Notes under the pieces: generated by a model | What the model was told of the DNA's origin: nothing | Database searches by the model: none | The model's input: only the letters and a program-made list of their open reading frames with translations | From: Octopus sinensis | Lineage: Eukaryota | NCBI RefSeq assembly: GCF_006345805.1 | Contig: NC_043020.1 | Coordinates: forward strand, 1,860,001-1,924,000 | Reading direction: 5' to 3' | DNA: 64,000 bases | Made by a program: the position numbers and the translations under genes | In this document: piece by piece, positions 39,520 through 52,570 of the stretch | Layout: each line of letters opens with the position of its first letter | How positions within the stretch are numbered: position 1 is the first letter of the stretch

Positions 39520-39655
39520 TATTATCAAAGCTGCAGAAACATCACAAAAATATAACAAAAGACTACTACTCAGAGTTTGACGTTCCCGTTCGTCGGACAG
39601 TTGTGATCATAGTTCTTGATAACAACTCCCCGACGATCACGAACGTGAAACACAG
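39520..39655. repeat. Imperfect inverted repeat element with a hammerhead-like motif (possibly Penelope-derived)
   Basis: 32-bp arms at 39573-39604 and 39622-39653 match at 25 of 32 positions. The flank resembles the arm of the 5087-5160 palindrome. Confidence 0.6.
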
Positions 39656-39777
39656 TACCGAGTACCATATTTTTTTGTAATACTTATATGATGCTTTGCA
39701 GCTTTAATAGTAGAAGTATATATATATATATATATATCTTATATATATATAATATATATATATATATTATATATTCA

Positions 39778-40093
39778 TATATCACCCGTGATCACCGTGA
39801 CCGACCAGGCTATCAGATGTTGCTACACATCGCTGGTCACAATGCGCTTCGCATTGTTTTAGCCTTTAAATGACGCCACCCCGCTGGCTAAGCGAGCAGG
39901 CCAACAGAAGAAAGAATGAAATAAAGTTGTGGCGAAAGAGTACAGCAGGGATCGCCCCACCGCCCCTGCCGGAGCATCGTGGAGTTTTAGGTGTTTTCAC
40001 ACAATAAACACTCACAACGCCCGGTCTAAGAATCGAAACCGCCATCCTACGACCGCGAGTCCACTGCCCTAACCACTGGGCCATTGCGCCTCC
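39778..40093 (-). mobile_element. SINE with the family C tRNA head but a different 3' tail
   Basis: The head GGAGGCGCAATGGCCCAGTGGTTAGGGCAG... matches 2426. After about 150 bp it switches to an unrelated tail (...GGCCTGCTCGCTTAGCCAGCGGGGTGGCGTC...GGTCACGGTGATCACGGGTGAT). Confidence 0.88.
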
Positions 40094-40169
40094 ACATATA
40101 TATTCATATACATACATACATACATACGAAATACATACATATAAATGCATATATATTGTATATCGATTT

Positions 40170-40375
40170 TAACTTTGGACACAAGGCCAATATTTTCTGA
40201 GGATGGTTAAGTCATTTTCATTGGTATCAGTGCTCAACTGGTACTTATTTTATCGACCCCGAACAATAACTGGCAAAGTCGACCTCGGCGGAAGTTGAAC
40301 TCAGATACTAAAGCCGAAAGAAATGCATCTTAATCGGCACAGTTACGATTATGCGAGCTCACCGACTCTATACGT
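40170..40375 (-). mobile_element. SINE family A, degraded
   Basis: TTTATCGACCCCGAA...GGCAAAGTCGACCTCGGCGGAAGTTGAACTCAG. Confidence 0.78.
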
Positions 40376-40990
40376 AGATATATTACTTGAAATTCTACCT
40401 TGAGTTTATAATTACATATGGTATCTGATTTGCAGGACTTTTGAACGAACTCTTCTGTTGCGACATATTTTGTTGCATCTCGATAGGTCATTATACCAAT
40501 ATAAACACACGCGCTGGTTCTTTTTCACTTCTTTATTCTGTATTATTATTCGATTGGGTAAAAATCCAACCAACTGACCAATCAGTGGTTGCAGTCGAAA
40601 GACTGAAACAAGTTAAAGATAAAAGATATCAACCTATTCACATTGTTGTCCCCCAGAAACTATTCATTTATGCGGAGAGAAAAAACATAAAACATTATAT
40701 AAGGGTGATAGACAGAATAGTGATATAAATACACAATCATATAGACATGGGGTAACATCTAGGACAGCTCATGAGAGACAACGTATCTGACTGTCTTCGG
40801 TTCACGGAAAAAAAATTTGTCTATAGCCACTATTATTAAGGACTTCATTAAACCGGAAAATGCGATTTGCGTAAATAATGCTTTACTGTCAGCTAGTTCA
40901 ATATATCAATTCTTAATACTACTCTAAGCAGTGTGTGTTCGATAACGTAAATGGACGACGAAATATATTCATTGTACTAATACATACATG

Positions 40991-41028
<38 letters not shown>

Positions 41029-41142
41029 ACACACATACACACACACACACACACATACACACACCACACAAACACATACACACAGGCGCACACACACGAG
41101 TAAATTTATCTATCTATCTGTCTATATATATATATATATAAT

Positions 41143-41174
<32 letters not shown>

Positions 41175-41175
41175 C

Positions 41176-41235
<60 letters not shown>

Positions 41236-41302
41236 ATATAATATATATATATGTATATATGCATATACATATACATATGCATACATATATCAGATATGTA
41301 TA

Positions 41303-41348
<46 letters not shown>

Positions 41349-41599
41349 GTGTGTGTGTGTGTGTGTGTTTATTCATACATCTATTCTCTGTGAATATATT
41401 GTGCGACGCACTTGTGCATGCTTTTATCCCTGTATATCATTATGTGGAAGTTAACAAGGAACTGGTGTCATTACGGACGCCAATCTCTAAAAATATCTAA
41501 GATTTATAGCAGTTGACAACTGAATTCGTTTACTAAACCTTTCTATTTCCACAAGCTTTCTTTCTCCGTTCTCGTCTCTTTTTTATATTTTGTATGAAT

Positions 41600-41768
41600 T
41601 AATTGATAGCTGATAGATAGAAATAGATAGATAGATAGATAGATAGAAGATGATAGATAGATAGATAGATTAGATAGATAGATAATGATAGATAGATAGA
41701 TAGATAGATAGATATGTAGGTAGGTGGTAGGTAGGTAGGTAGGTAGGTAGGTAGTAGATAGATATATA

Positions 41769-41813
<45 letters not shown>

Positions 41814-41839
41814 CAGACAGATAGTAGATAGATAGATAG

Positions 41840-41878
<39 letters not shown>

Positions 41879-41880
41879 CC
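41600..41880. repeat. (AGAT)n/(AGGT)n microsatellite
   Basis: Directly visible. Confidence 0.95.
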
Positions 41881-42834
41881 AGACAGCTAGATCACACACG
41901 CATACATCATATAAATTAAGCACGCTTCACCTTATATACAGACACTCGAACACAATACATACGCGCACACATACACACAGCTCACAAATAGACATCACAC
42001 GCATTAACAGACATAGATATACGCTTGCGCCTACAACCCTGATAGACACGCACCACAACATGACTCAGACACATTTTACACGCGCACACAAACCATAGAC
42101 TACATCTTCAAATGCATACATTTTCTTGTAGGCGACAAGACGGTAGTTTAACTACACGAATAATTAGACAAATTATCTCATAAATATGTTGTTACCTTAA
42201 AGCTGGATTACAAAGTATCTCTCGAGTTTCTTCTTATTTTTTTTCTTATTTCTCTGGTGTTTTCTTTTTTCTCTATAGTTCTTTCTTTGCAAAATACCGC
42301 AAAGTATTTACTGTTATCACTGTAGGTCGTGAGACTGCTCTGATTAAAAGCTAATATATGCCCTATTTACAGACTACCAAAGGTCCCAGCTCACTTATCC
42401 TTCTTTTATCATAATCTACCACTGGCTGGATTTCGTATCCCACATAACAGCTCTTCTCAGAAACTGGGATCTGTATTGTTATTTGTATAATTCGTCAGCT
42501 TAGATTGTTGGTGTTGTTCGATTTACTAGGCTGGACCCTGCGTACCGTGTTCCTTTCTCTGAAGATCTGACTGGGGTGATGCTTCGTATTGGTCGGTCAC
42601 ATGCCTCATGGCCACTGCGAATGAGGATGTGTTTCACGGAGGTGGAAACTGAGTAGAACACTGCTGGTGTGGAGATAACCAGGACGACCCGAGCAAATAC
42701 CGGAAAATTGTGGGTGCAGCGACACGCTGCAACGGTGCATCTCCACCCCGCTGTGCTTGACCTGACCTTTACAATCAGGACATTGAGATTTCATGTGTTG
42801 GATGGGAAAAAATAAATTATAAATCTACCTTTCT

Positions 42835-43243
42835 TATTTCTTTATTGCCCACAAGGGGCTAAACACAGAGGGGACAAACAAGGACAGACAAAGGGATTGA
42901 GCCGATTACATCGACCCCAGTGCGTAACTGGTACTTAATTTATCGACCCCGAAAGGATTAATGGCAAAGTCGACCACGGCGGAATTTGAACTCACAACGT
43001 AACTGCAGACGAAATACCTATTTCTTTACTACCCACAAGGGGCTAAACACAGAGAGGACAAACCAGGACACACAAACGGATTAAGTCGATTACATCGACC
43101 CCAGTGCGTAACTGGTACTTATTTAATCGATCCCGAAAGGATGCAAGGCAAAGTCGACCTCGGCGGAATTTGAACTCAGAACGTAGCGGCAGACGAAATA
43201 CTGCTAAGTATTTCGCCCGGCGTGCTAACGTTTCTGCCAGCTT
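42835..43243 (-). mobile_element. Dimeric SINE family A with 16-bp TSD
   Basis: Internal junction at 43017/43018, the same position as at 6784/6785. ATAAATCTACCTTTCT is duplicated at 42819-42834 and 43258-43273. Confidence 0.92.
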
Positions 43244-44059
43244 GACGCCTTTCTGCCATAAATCTACCTTTCTGCCATACCATCTTCTTGGCATCACCAC
43301 AAAACTCTGGTTGTTTGTTATCTCATATTATTTACTTGTCCCAGTCATGGGGCTGCGGTCATACCGGAGCACCGCGTTGACGGATTTTCAGTCGAACAAA
43401 TTGTCCCTAGTACTTTATTTAACGACCTGTACTTACTCTGTCGGTCTCTATCATCCGAATATTTAATTTACTGGAAAGTAAACAAAACAACACCGATTGC
43501 CAACAAGAGGTGGGGCGGTCCATTTCTTAGACTGAAATCCTTCGTGGTGGTACCTCACCATACCTGCAGCCCAATGACTGAAACTAGAACACATGAAAAT
43601 AAATACTCGTGTCTCTCTCTCTCAGCTTTTTTTTTATATATATATAAATGTTATTTTATTCTATTTTATCATATTTGAAATTACCTGATGTTCAATCCGA
43701 GTTCGTAGGATTAATTAACAGCGATCCGTCTTTCAAGCGACGAAGAATTAAAAGAAATGGTAATTTAGTGATGTCAACTGACTCATCCAATTTCACCTCA
43801 TCTTCTCTTTACAGTTCTCAATGAATTCGAGATTTAAATATCTTTTTTCCTGGAAGACATCACAGCAAGCCATAACAGCTAACCCTAACCCTCACACCTT
43901 ACCATTTTTCCCCTTCTTCTTCTTCTTCTTCTTTAAACTTCTAATTTTCGCAATCATCGTAAAAATTCTCCTACACCGCCCTTCCCAGCAAACTCTCTGC
44001 AAACCACCAACGTTTCATTCCAAGAATTTCAGGAAACCTTTGAAGAGTTCCAAGTAATC

Positions 44060-44208
44060 ATGTAGTAGTGGTAGCAGTAGTAGTAGTAGTAGTAGTAGTA
44101 GTAATGGTGGTGGTGGTGGTGGTGGTAGTAGTAGTAGTAATGGTGGCAGTGGTGGTGGTGGTAGTAGTAGTAGTGGTGGCAGTGGTGGTGGTGGTAGTAG
44201 TAGTTGTT

Positions 44209-44246
<38 letters not shown>

Positions 44247-44410
44247 GGTGGTGATGGCAGTAGTAGTAGTAGTAGTAGTAGCATTAGTCATTATGTTCGT
44301 GTTCCGTTTGTTTTGCTTTTTTAATGATGTTTTCGTTGTTGTTATTGTTGCCGCTACTACTACTACTACTACAACTACTACCACCACCACTACCACTACT
44401 ACTACTGTGT
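44060..44410. repeat. (GTA)/(GTG) and (CTA)/(CCA) trinucleotide arrays
   Basis: Directly visible. Confidence 0.93.
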
Positions 44411-44878
44411 TGACGTTGTTGATATTGTTATTGCAGCCGTCGTCGTAGCTGAGATCATTGTCATTGCTGCGGGTATCGCCAACGATATCATTGATGTCAT
44501 CTTCGTCAAATTCGTCGTCGTCGATGAAGCCACCGCCTTCCCCATCGTCTTTGTTAGCCTCCATCCTCGCTGACTTTGTCCTCTTCGTCATTGTCTTCGT
44601 CGCTGTGTGTGTGTTTCTTTTTTCTTTATTCTTAATCTCCCGACAGCGCCCTCCTTCCCCTCATCCTTCCCAAAAATAATTCTCGAAGGCGAATACAATC
44701 TTTGAAACGATTGCCAAATGCAGTTTCGGGAACATTATATAATTGATTACCCACTGATGTGAATTCTATCGTTGCCTTTCCAATGTAATTACTGTGTATG
44801 CTGTTGCTATAGTTTCACCTCACAACAATTTCTTCCTTCAACTCTTGTTGTTGTTATTATTATTGTTGTTGCCGTTAC

Positions 44879-44916
<38 letters not shown>

Positions 44917-45271
44917 ATTATTATTATTATTGATTATTATATTATTATTATTATTATTATTATTGTTATATTATATTATTATTATTATTATATTATCATT
45001 ATTATATTATTAATAAATTATTATTATTGATGGAGGAGAGAGCAGTGCATGCCATCAAAGTGACACTGGGGTAAAATATACGAAGCCCTGTATACCCATC
45101 ATGACTATTATCGTCTGTAAGGGTAAACCAGGCACATGCATCACAACCATATGTGAGCGACATGGTGATCTAATATCAAGATAAAAAGCGCATGATCCTT
45201 GCAGGAGGGGCCCAGTTAGAATTTTCTTCAGGTTGAGTAGCCCATCCCGCTCTAAAAAAGGGTCCCTGATA

Positions 45272-45302
<31 letters not shown>

Positions 45303-45338
45303 GTTGTTATTATTATATCATTAGCATTATCATCATAA

Positions 45339-45373
<35 letters not shown>

Positions 45374-45476
45374 GTATTATTATTATTATCATTAGATTAT
45401 CATCATCATTCATTATTATTATTATTATTATTTTATTATATTATTATTATTAGCCATTATATTATTATATATTATT

Positions 45477-45513
<37 letters not shown>

Positions 45514-45544
45514 GTGTAGTCATTTTCAGGTAAATTCTATTGCG

Positions 45545-45990
45545 TCACCTACTACACCTCTTGTGTTGCTGAGGTGTGTGCCGCATTGTGTGTTCTTGTC
45601 TTCTTTTGTTCTTGTAGTTATTGTTTCCTTCATAGATTTGTCTGTAGTCGTTCCTTGCATTACTGCTTGCATTGTGTATTCAGTGTGCAATGCGACTTGT
45701 GTTCATCTGGTGGGTATCAGCCCTGTAGAGTACACGTTGAGGATGTTGTTTATTTCATTGGATATTTACTGTATAAAAATATGTGTTGTGTTTCTGGATT
45801 GGATCGTTTGGGTTGCACTATTAAATTCGTAGTGTGCTGCATAAGGTGTCGGCTGTTTGTAGCAGTTTATTTTTGGGATAGTGTGCTGTGTTGAGGATCC
45901 AGGTATGAAGAAGGGATACCACATCATGAAGTGGGTATTCGTCATGAGGAGTTTGCGTTATCTCACTAACGTCTGGATAATCGGAACCGT
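45545..45990 (-). mobile_element. Possible highly decayed Penelope-like RT/thumb fragment
   Basis: Minus-strand TNTHFMMWYPFF...CYKQPTPYAAHYEFNSA weakly resembles I.FT.E...LPFLD...YRKPT...YL.F.S. Many stops and frameshifts. Confidence 0.3.
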
Positions 45991-46059
45991 GAGGTTCTGA
46001 GTTATATTTCGAGGAAATTTATCATACGTACGTAAATATGTGTGTGTGAGTCGCACGTA

Positions 46060-46261
46060 TTGGTACGACTATGTATATGTGTGTGTTTTTATGTGCCCGT
46101 GTTTGTCACCCCCACCATAGCTTGACGACCGTTGTTGATGTGTTTACGTCCCCGCAACTTAGCCGATATAATTAATACTAGACTGAAGGCAGTGCTCCAG
46201 CATTGCCGCAGTCAAATGACTGAAACAAGTAAAATAATGAAAGAATAAAAGAATATATATG

Positions 46262-46293
<32 letters not shown>

Positions 46294-46338
46294 ACACACA
46301 CACACACAACACACACATATATATATATAATATATATA

Positions 46339-46389
<51 letters not shown>

Positions 46390-46492
46390 ATACATATATA
46401 TTTATGGGGTCGATTTGCTCGACTAAAGGCGGTGCTCCAGCATGGCCACATTCAAATGACTGAAACAAGTAAAAGAGTAATAGAGAATAAAA
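46060..46492 (+). mobile_element. Two partial SINE family B 3' ends
   Basis: GTGCTCCAGCAT.GCC.CA.TCAAATGACTGAAACAAGTAAAA occurs at about 46192-46235 and 46432-46478. Confidence 0.82.
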
Positions 46493-46789
46493 GAGAACCA
46501 CCCATGTTTCCAGAGGTGAATTATCCAAACCCCAAAGAATCCCTCTCAACACATAGCTATGATACTCCCCGACTACTTCTGCTTGTGATCAGAGATGCAC
46601 ATATCGTCAGCCACTAAGGGACATGCTCAAATGCTTTAAGGTCAAACAACTGACAAGCAAATCTGTGGTATTGAGCAGAATATTTGCTGTAGCCCATCTT
46701 TTATACCAAGACAAAACAATGTACATGATAACACTTCCAATCAGTTAAGATCAGAAGCCATGAGAGCCACTGCCTGGTACTGCATCAGG

Positions 46790-46901
<112 letters not shown>

Positions 46902-47095
46902 TATGTTTGACTTTTGCTTTATATTTGTACAAGTTGGCTCCAAGTCTCACCCAGAGACCTCAAGAGACAACAGGGTTGGAAGTTCATGTTGTTGTTATGC
47001 CTAGTGTGCCATATATTTGGGGGGTGGGGATGTTGTACTAATGAATGTCTAAAAAAAAAAAGTTTTTTTTTTTTTTTAAACCGAAAATTATGGTT

Positions 47096-47179
47096 GTTTT
47101 AAACCTTGAGGTTACATAGAGATGTTTTAAACCTTGAGGTTACATAGAGATGTTTTAAACCTTGAGGTTACATAGAGAT
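47096..47179. repeat. 28-bp perfect tandem repeat x3 (GTTTTAAACCTTGAGGTTACATAGAGAT)
   Basis: Three identical units. Confidence 0.97.
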
Positions 47180-47192
47180 TATTATTATTATA

Positions 47193-47226
<34 letters not shown>

Positions 47227-48099
47227 TATTTATTTAATTATTTAATTATTTATTTATTTAATTTGTTCATCATGTACAAGTACGTGTGTATTTATCATTA
47301 TTTTTTTTGTTATTTGATTCAATTTTAGGAAAAAAAATGAAGCATGTCTGACAATTCCGGAGCATATTGAACTTATTGGTGCGTGACATTTGGCCCTCCC
47401 CTGTACGTGCGAGTGTTTACACGCGCGCACACGCATGTGCCATGTGTGCGCATGTGTGTGTGTGCACGCGTTTGTTATGTGTGTATGTGTGAATGTGTAC
47501 ATCTACTTGTATTGCTTACGATTCTGTTTACGTCACGAGCAGTTCTTGGTGATAAAACGAAATAATCGCTGTCTCAAGTTTACTAAAAATTCACTACTAT
47601 TATTATTATTAGCGTTACAAACTCTGGAGATTCATCGATTTTTTTTTCTTCTTCCAATACCATTCTTCACCCACCTCTTCATCATCCTCCTCCATCTCTT
47701 CTTCTTAGTTCCATTTTCCTGCTTTTTATTTTTCTTTATATTTTATTTGCCAATTTCGCATTTCTAAACACTTTTATTTTACATCTTTTTTTTTTTTTCG
47801 CTTCACCGTTTATTTGTTGAATAAGTTAATGTCAAACGAAAGCTTGCAGAGAACGTGCCAGCAGATAGAAATATCTATACAAAATACAATGTATTATTGA
47901 AGTGTAAAGGAACTAAATCGTAAATTCATATATCTTAAGAAAGACACCTTTAACCCATTGTTCCTTCCTCGTTTTTGTCTCTAATTCCATTATTCAATTA
48001 TTCAGTTATTCAGTTATTCATCGGTGCTATGCGTGTGTGTATGCTTGCTTGTGTCTGTGTGTATGCGCGTGTGTACGTGTGTGCGTGTATGTGTGTGTG

Positions 48100-48173
48100 T
48101 TGTGCATGCAATTGTATATACGTGCACGAGCACATGTATATAGTCATATGTGCATGTACGTATATATGCACGT

Positions 48174-48235
<62 letters not shown>

Positions 48236-48501
48236 GTACATGCACGTATGACTATATACATGTGCTCGTGCACGTATATTTATATATATGCATATACATA
48301 TATACATATATAAGCATTGATATATATATAACACACGCATATATGTATATATATATATTATATATATATATATATATATATGCATGCGTTATACATATAC
48401 ATACATGCATATATATATATATATTTACGCACATATATGCATGCATATATATATGTATGTATATAAATGCGTATGCATGTATCTAAGTGAATATGTGTGT
48501 G

Positions 48502-48540
<39 letters not shown>

Positions 48541-48639
48541 TTATACATATATATATACACATATATATATATGTGTGTACGTGTACATACATATCTATGT
48601 ATATTTATCTGTATGTATGTGTATATATGCGTATCAATT

Positions 48640-48674
<35 letters not shown>

Positions 48675-48690
48675 GTATTTATACATTATT
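48100..48690. repeat. Degenerate (TA)/(TG) microsatellite region
   Basis: Directly visible. Confidence 0.95.
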
Positions 48691-50384
48691 GAGTTGAGTT
48701 TGATAAACTGCTAAAATCCATATTAGCAAACCATCGCACAAATATAATTTAAGGGCAAAAAAAATTTGTTTGTTCCGTTTCGTTCATTCTTTGTTACGTT
48801 AATTCATTCCCGCCTTTCATTCTGCTTGTCTGTCTGCCTTGTCCGTCTGTCTGTCCGTCTGTTTTCTTCTGTAGTGTATTTGAGGCTCTCAGCTTTAAGT
48901 TTACGACAAACAGTTTCTACAAAGGAGCTGGAATAAAACTGTCTCTACTGAAAACAACCGTTGTTATTTTTGTCTACTACCTCTCAACACCTGAACAAAT
49001 GTATAGTGAAGGAGATGAGGGAAGAAAAAATGGGGGACAGGGAACAGGGGACGAGGGGAAGGAGGAAGAGTAGTGCAATACAATTATCTTCGAATGGAAA
49101 CATTAACCTCTGTACATGTATTGGCTTTCATTCTCCCGTAAAAACGGGAGAAAAAACATACATATATTCACGTACAATCACACGCACAAACACACGATGT
49201 TGAAACTTCTGATTAGTACCAAATAAGGTTCGAAAGTCTATTAAGGTTGTTCATCATGTTTTTCAGTTTTCGGGAAAGTAGTTTAATTTGACATGATTGT
49301 ATGCCTGTTACGTAGATTTACATATATGACACCCACTGCCGACGCCACTACAAACACAAATGTGCTTTTATGGAGTCAACGATAATGGCTGTCTTCCCTA
49401 TTAGCTCTCTTATTTGGGGTAAATAACTCTTAGGCGAATGGTGTTACTACATATGTGACACTTAAGTCTTCGATCCATCGTTGCAAATAGCTGAGTACTG
49501 TTTCACTGCTCGATCAAATTATATCAGTGACAGCTTTAACTTATTTCTTACCTGTCTAGGTAAAACATTTACCTACCCTTTTCGAAATTTTCCGGTGCAG
49601 CTTTTACCTAGCATAATCTCCACCGACCAATCAATATCTGTTTCTGATGGATCACCAACCATCCCCAATATCACTACTCGTTGGCTGTGTAGAAAGTGTT
49701 AAGAATATAATCCTCGTTATTGATTGAGGTAATAGAGAGCCTTTGGGTTTCGACCTGAAAGAGAAACCATGCATCCAACTCGCCACAGTTCGTGTTGTTA
49801 GGTGCGAAAATACTCTGCTACAAACTACCACAAAAGTCACCTACTTCTATGCTTCTCTGCTTGCGTAGTCTCAACCTTTCCATGCACCATGTTTTAATGG
49901 CTATACATTGGTATATATCTTCTCTTCAAAATCTCTAAGACCACAGCTAAAGGCAACCAATCAACAATTTGGCACGGATACTTCTGGTTTCCCCTAATCT
50001 TTTCCATTTGCTTGTTTGTTTGTTTCGTAGCTTTATCTGCACGAACGAGAAACAGTCTTAACAGCCACCATGCTGTACTGTACGATACTGCAGACTTCCA
50101 TAGTGGAAGCAGTAGTGGCATTACTGGGGATGGCGGCGGCGGTCGTGGTGGTGGTGGAGGTGGTAGTCACTGTACTGGTGTTGCATAGGTTTGTCAAAAT
50201 TTTACTGACTCGTAATTGGCACGGTGGCGCTGTTGCTGATGTTGAATAGATTTTGTAGTCATTAGTAGTAGCGGAGGAGGAGGAGGAGGGGAGGAGGGGA
50301 TGGGGAAAGGAGGTGGTGGTGGCAGTGATGGTGGTGGTGAGGCACGTGCGCCTCATCACTTATATCTGTAAGACTATGTTACTT

Positions 50385-50760
50385 GCCTGGTATTTTATTT
50401 CATCGAACCCTGAAGGATGAAAAGCAAAGTTGAGCCCAGGCGGAGTTTGAACGCAGAATCTAACGAGTCAGAAGGAATTCCCCATTTTCTCCGAAACTTG
50501 AATTATTTTGCTAGCTCGCTGACTTAATAATAATAATAATAATAATAATACTAACAATCCTTTCTACTTTAGACACAAGGTCAAAACTTTGAGTATAGGG
50601 AACAGCCAATTACAAATTCTCCAGTATTTAGTTGGTACTTAATATGACCAACCTCCGGAAGGACGAAATCCGAACTACCTCGGCAGGATTTCAACTCAAA
50701 ACAGAAGAAGACGGAGCAACTACCCAAAGGCATTTGGTCTGACGCAGTCACTGTTCTGAC
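50385..50760 (-). mobile_element. Two highly degraded SINE family A copies
   Basis: GAAGGATGAAAAGCAAAGTTGAGCCCAGGCGGAGTTTGAACGCAG and ACCTCGGCAGGATTTCAACTC remnants. Confidence 0.65.
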
Positions 50761-51405
50761 AATCTACTTCTCTCCCAACTAATAATGGTACTTTTTGTCT
50801 TCTTTCTATAAAGGACCAAAACTAAAACGTTTTAGAAAGGGCACAGTTTTTTCTCAAAGTCTGTATTTGGCTATTATTGTATTTTCCTTTCCTTTTCCGT
50901 TGGAATCAAAGAAACTACGAATTTTAGTTTTTATCTTATATTAAAAAGACAAAAAAAATTAGTTCTTTAAACATTTGAAGCCGCTCATAACATCGCTTCT
51001 TTAGACTGAAAGGTGATTTCTTCTTGTGTTGCCTTTTCTCTCTCAAACACTCTCTCTTTCTCTCTTAAAGTCAGTGAGTTCTCTCATCACTTACTACCTC
51101 TCTCTCATTTCTCTCCCCTCCCTCCCTTTATCTCTCTCTCTCTCTTTCTCTTTCTCTCCCCCTCTCTTACTTTCCAGCGTATTTTTTTTTCAAGCAGTCA
51201 AAATGGCGTTTCTATGCATTGCAATATCCCTTAATCTGTAAAAAATAAAAGAAGAAAGCAAAACGTAAATTATATAAAATAAATAAACAACGGCTAAGAT
51301 ACGATTTCCAAATATTATAATATTAAATAGATATCATCCCAAAGTAATATGCGTACATATATGCACATACATCTAAATATATGTGTGTGTGTGAGTGCGT
51401 GTGTG

Positions 51406-51451
<46 letters not shown>

Positions 51452-51559
51452 ATCAATCTCTCTCTCTCCCTCTCTCTGTCTATATATATATATATATGTA
51501 CACACACACACACAAGCACACAGACACAAACACATAAATGATTGTATGTTGGTTTATAG

Positions 51560-51657
51560 ATAATAAATCTATATTTAAATATTTGTATATTATCTATTCA
51601 TATATATGTATATATATGTCTGGGTATGTATGTATGTATGTATGTATATATATATAT

Positions 51658-51688
<31 letters not shown>

Positions 51689-51703
51689 TATTATATATAT
51701 ATA

Positions 51704-51745
<42 letters not shown>

Positions 51746-52071
51746 GCACATATATACTTATGTACATATACATAAATGCAAACAGACACACACGCACATA
51801 CACACTCACACACGCACGCACACGCACACGCACACACACATGCGCAGAAAGTAAGAGATTTACCTCAGGGAAAATAACTTCTTGAAGTAATATCCTCCAT
51901 CCTCAATAATCATATCTAGTCTACAATTGATAGACGAATTTTCGAATTTTCGATTAAACTCTGGCGCCATGCAACCCTAAAAATCAAATTATTCTCTCTG
52001 TAAATGTGAAGGAAAAGAAAATAAAACTAACTTAGCGTTTTGTTTTATCATTTGAATTTAACCGTTTTTCT

Positions 52072-52102
<31 letters not shown>

Positions 52103-52280
52103 GTATGTATATGTATACGTATATATATGTTTGTATATATATATGTATATATATATATGTATATATACATGTATATATATGTATGTATATATACATATGT
52201 ATGTATATATGTATATATATGTATATGTATATATGTATATATATGTATATATGTATATATATATGTATGTATATGTATAC

Positions 52281-52313
<33 letters not shown>

Positions 52314-52420
52314 ATATATATATAATATATATATATATATATGTATATATGTATATATGTATGTATATATAGTGAAAGAAAGAGCAAGGTTTGTGTATAT
52401 GTATATATATAAGTATAGAT

Positions 52421-52476
<56 letters not shown>

Positions 52477-52570
52477 GTAGGTAGATAGATAGAGAATTGT
52501 ATGTATGTAGGTATATATATGCATATCTTTGTATAGGGCTATACATATAATCTCATGTATATACATATCT
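51560..52570. repeat. (TA)/(TATG)/(AGAT) microsatellite region
   Basis: Directly visible. Confidence 0.95.

Larger units (their letters stand above)
45029..46789 (+). mobile_element. ATT-microsatellite-flanked interspersed repeat split into two parts (45029-45269 and 46495-46789) by about 1.2 kb of other sequence
   Basis: Both parts are collinear with the uninterrupted copy at 143-444; about 25 bp seen there is missing at the break. (ATT)n lies on both outer flanks. Confidence 0.75.

Noticed and set aside
42640-42750. HCWCGD...C...C motif as a WSC-like domain
   Set aside because: There are in-frame stops immediately upstream and downstream, and the cysteine spacing is incomplete.
43877-43892. 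CTAACCCTAACCCT as an interstitial telomere repeat
   Set aside because: Only about two units; expected by chance.
44058-44591. Acidic plus Thr/Val-rich 177-aa ORF as a real gene
   Set aside because: It is built from decayed GAC/GAT and ACT/ACC triplet arrays, with no recognisable domain or splice support.
50030-50250. Candidate exon after TTTGTTTCGTAG (LSARTRNSLNSHHAVLYDTADF...)
   Set aside because: It runs into GGC/GTG triplet repeats and a stop, with no clear donor or recognisable protein.
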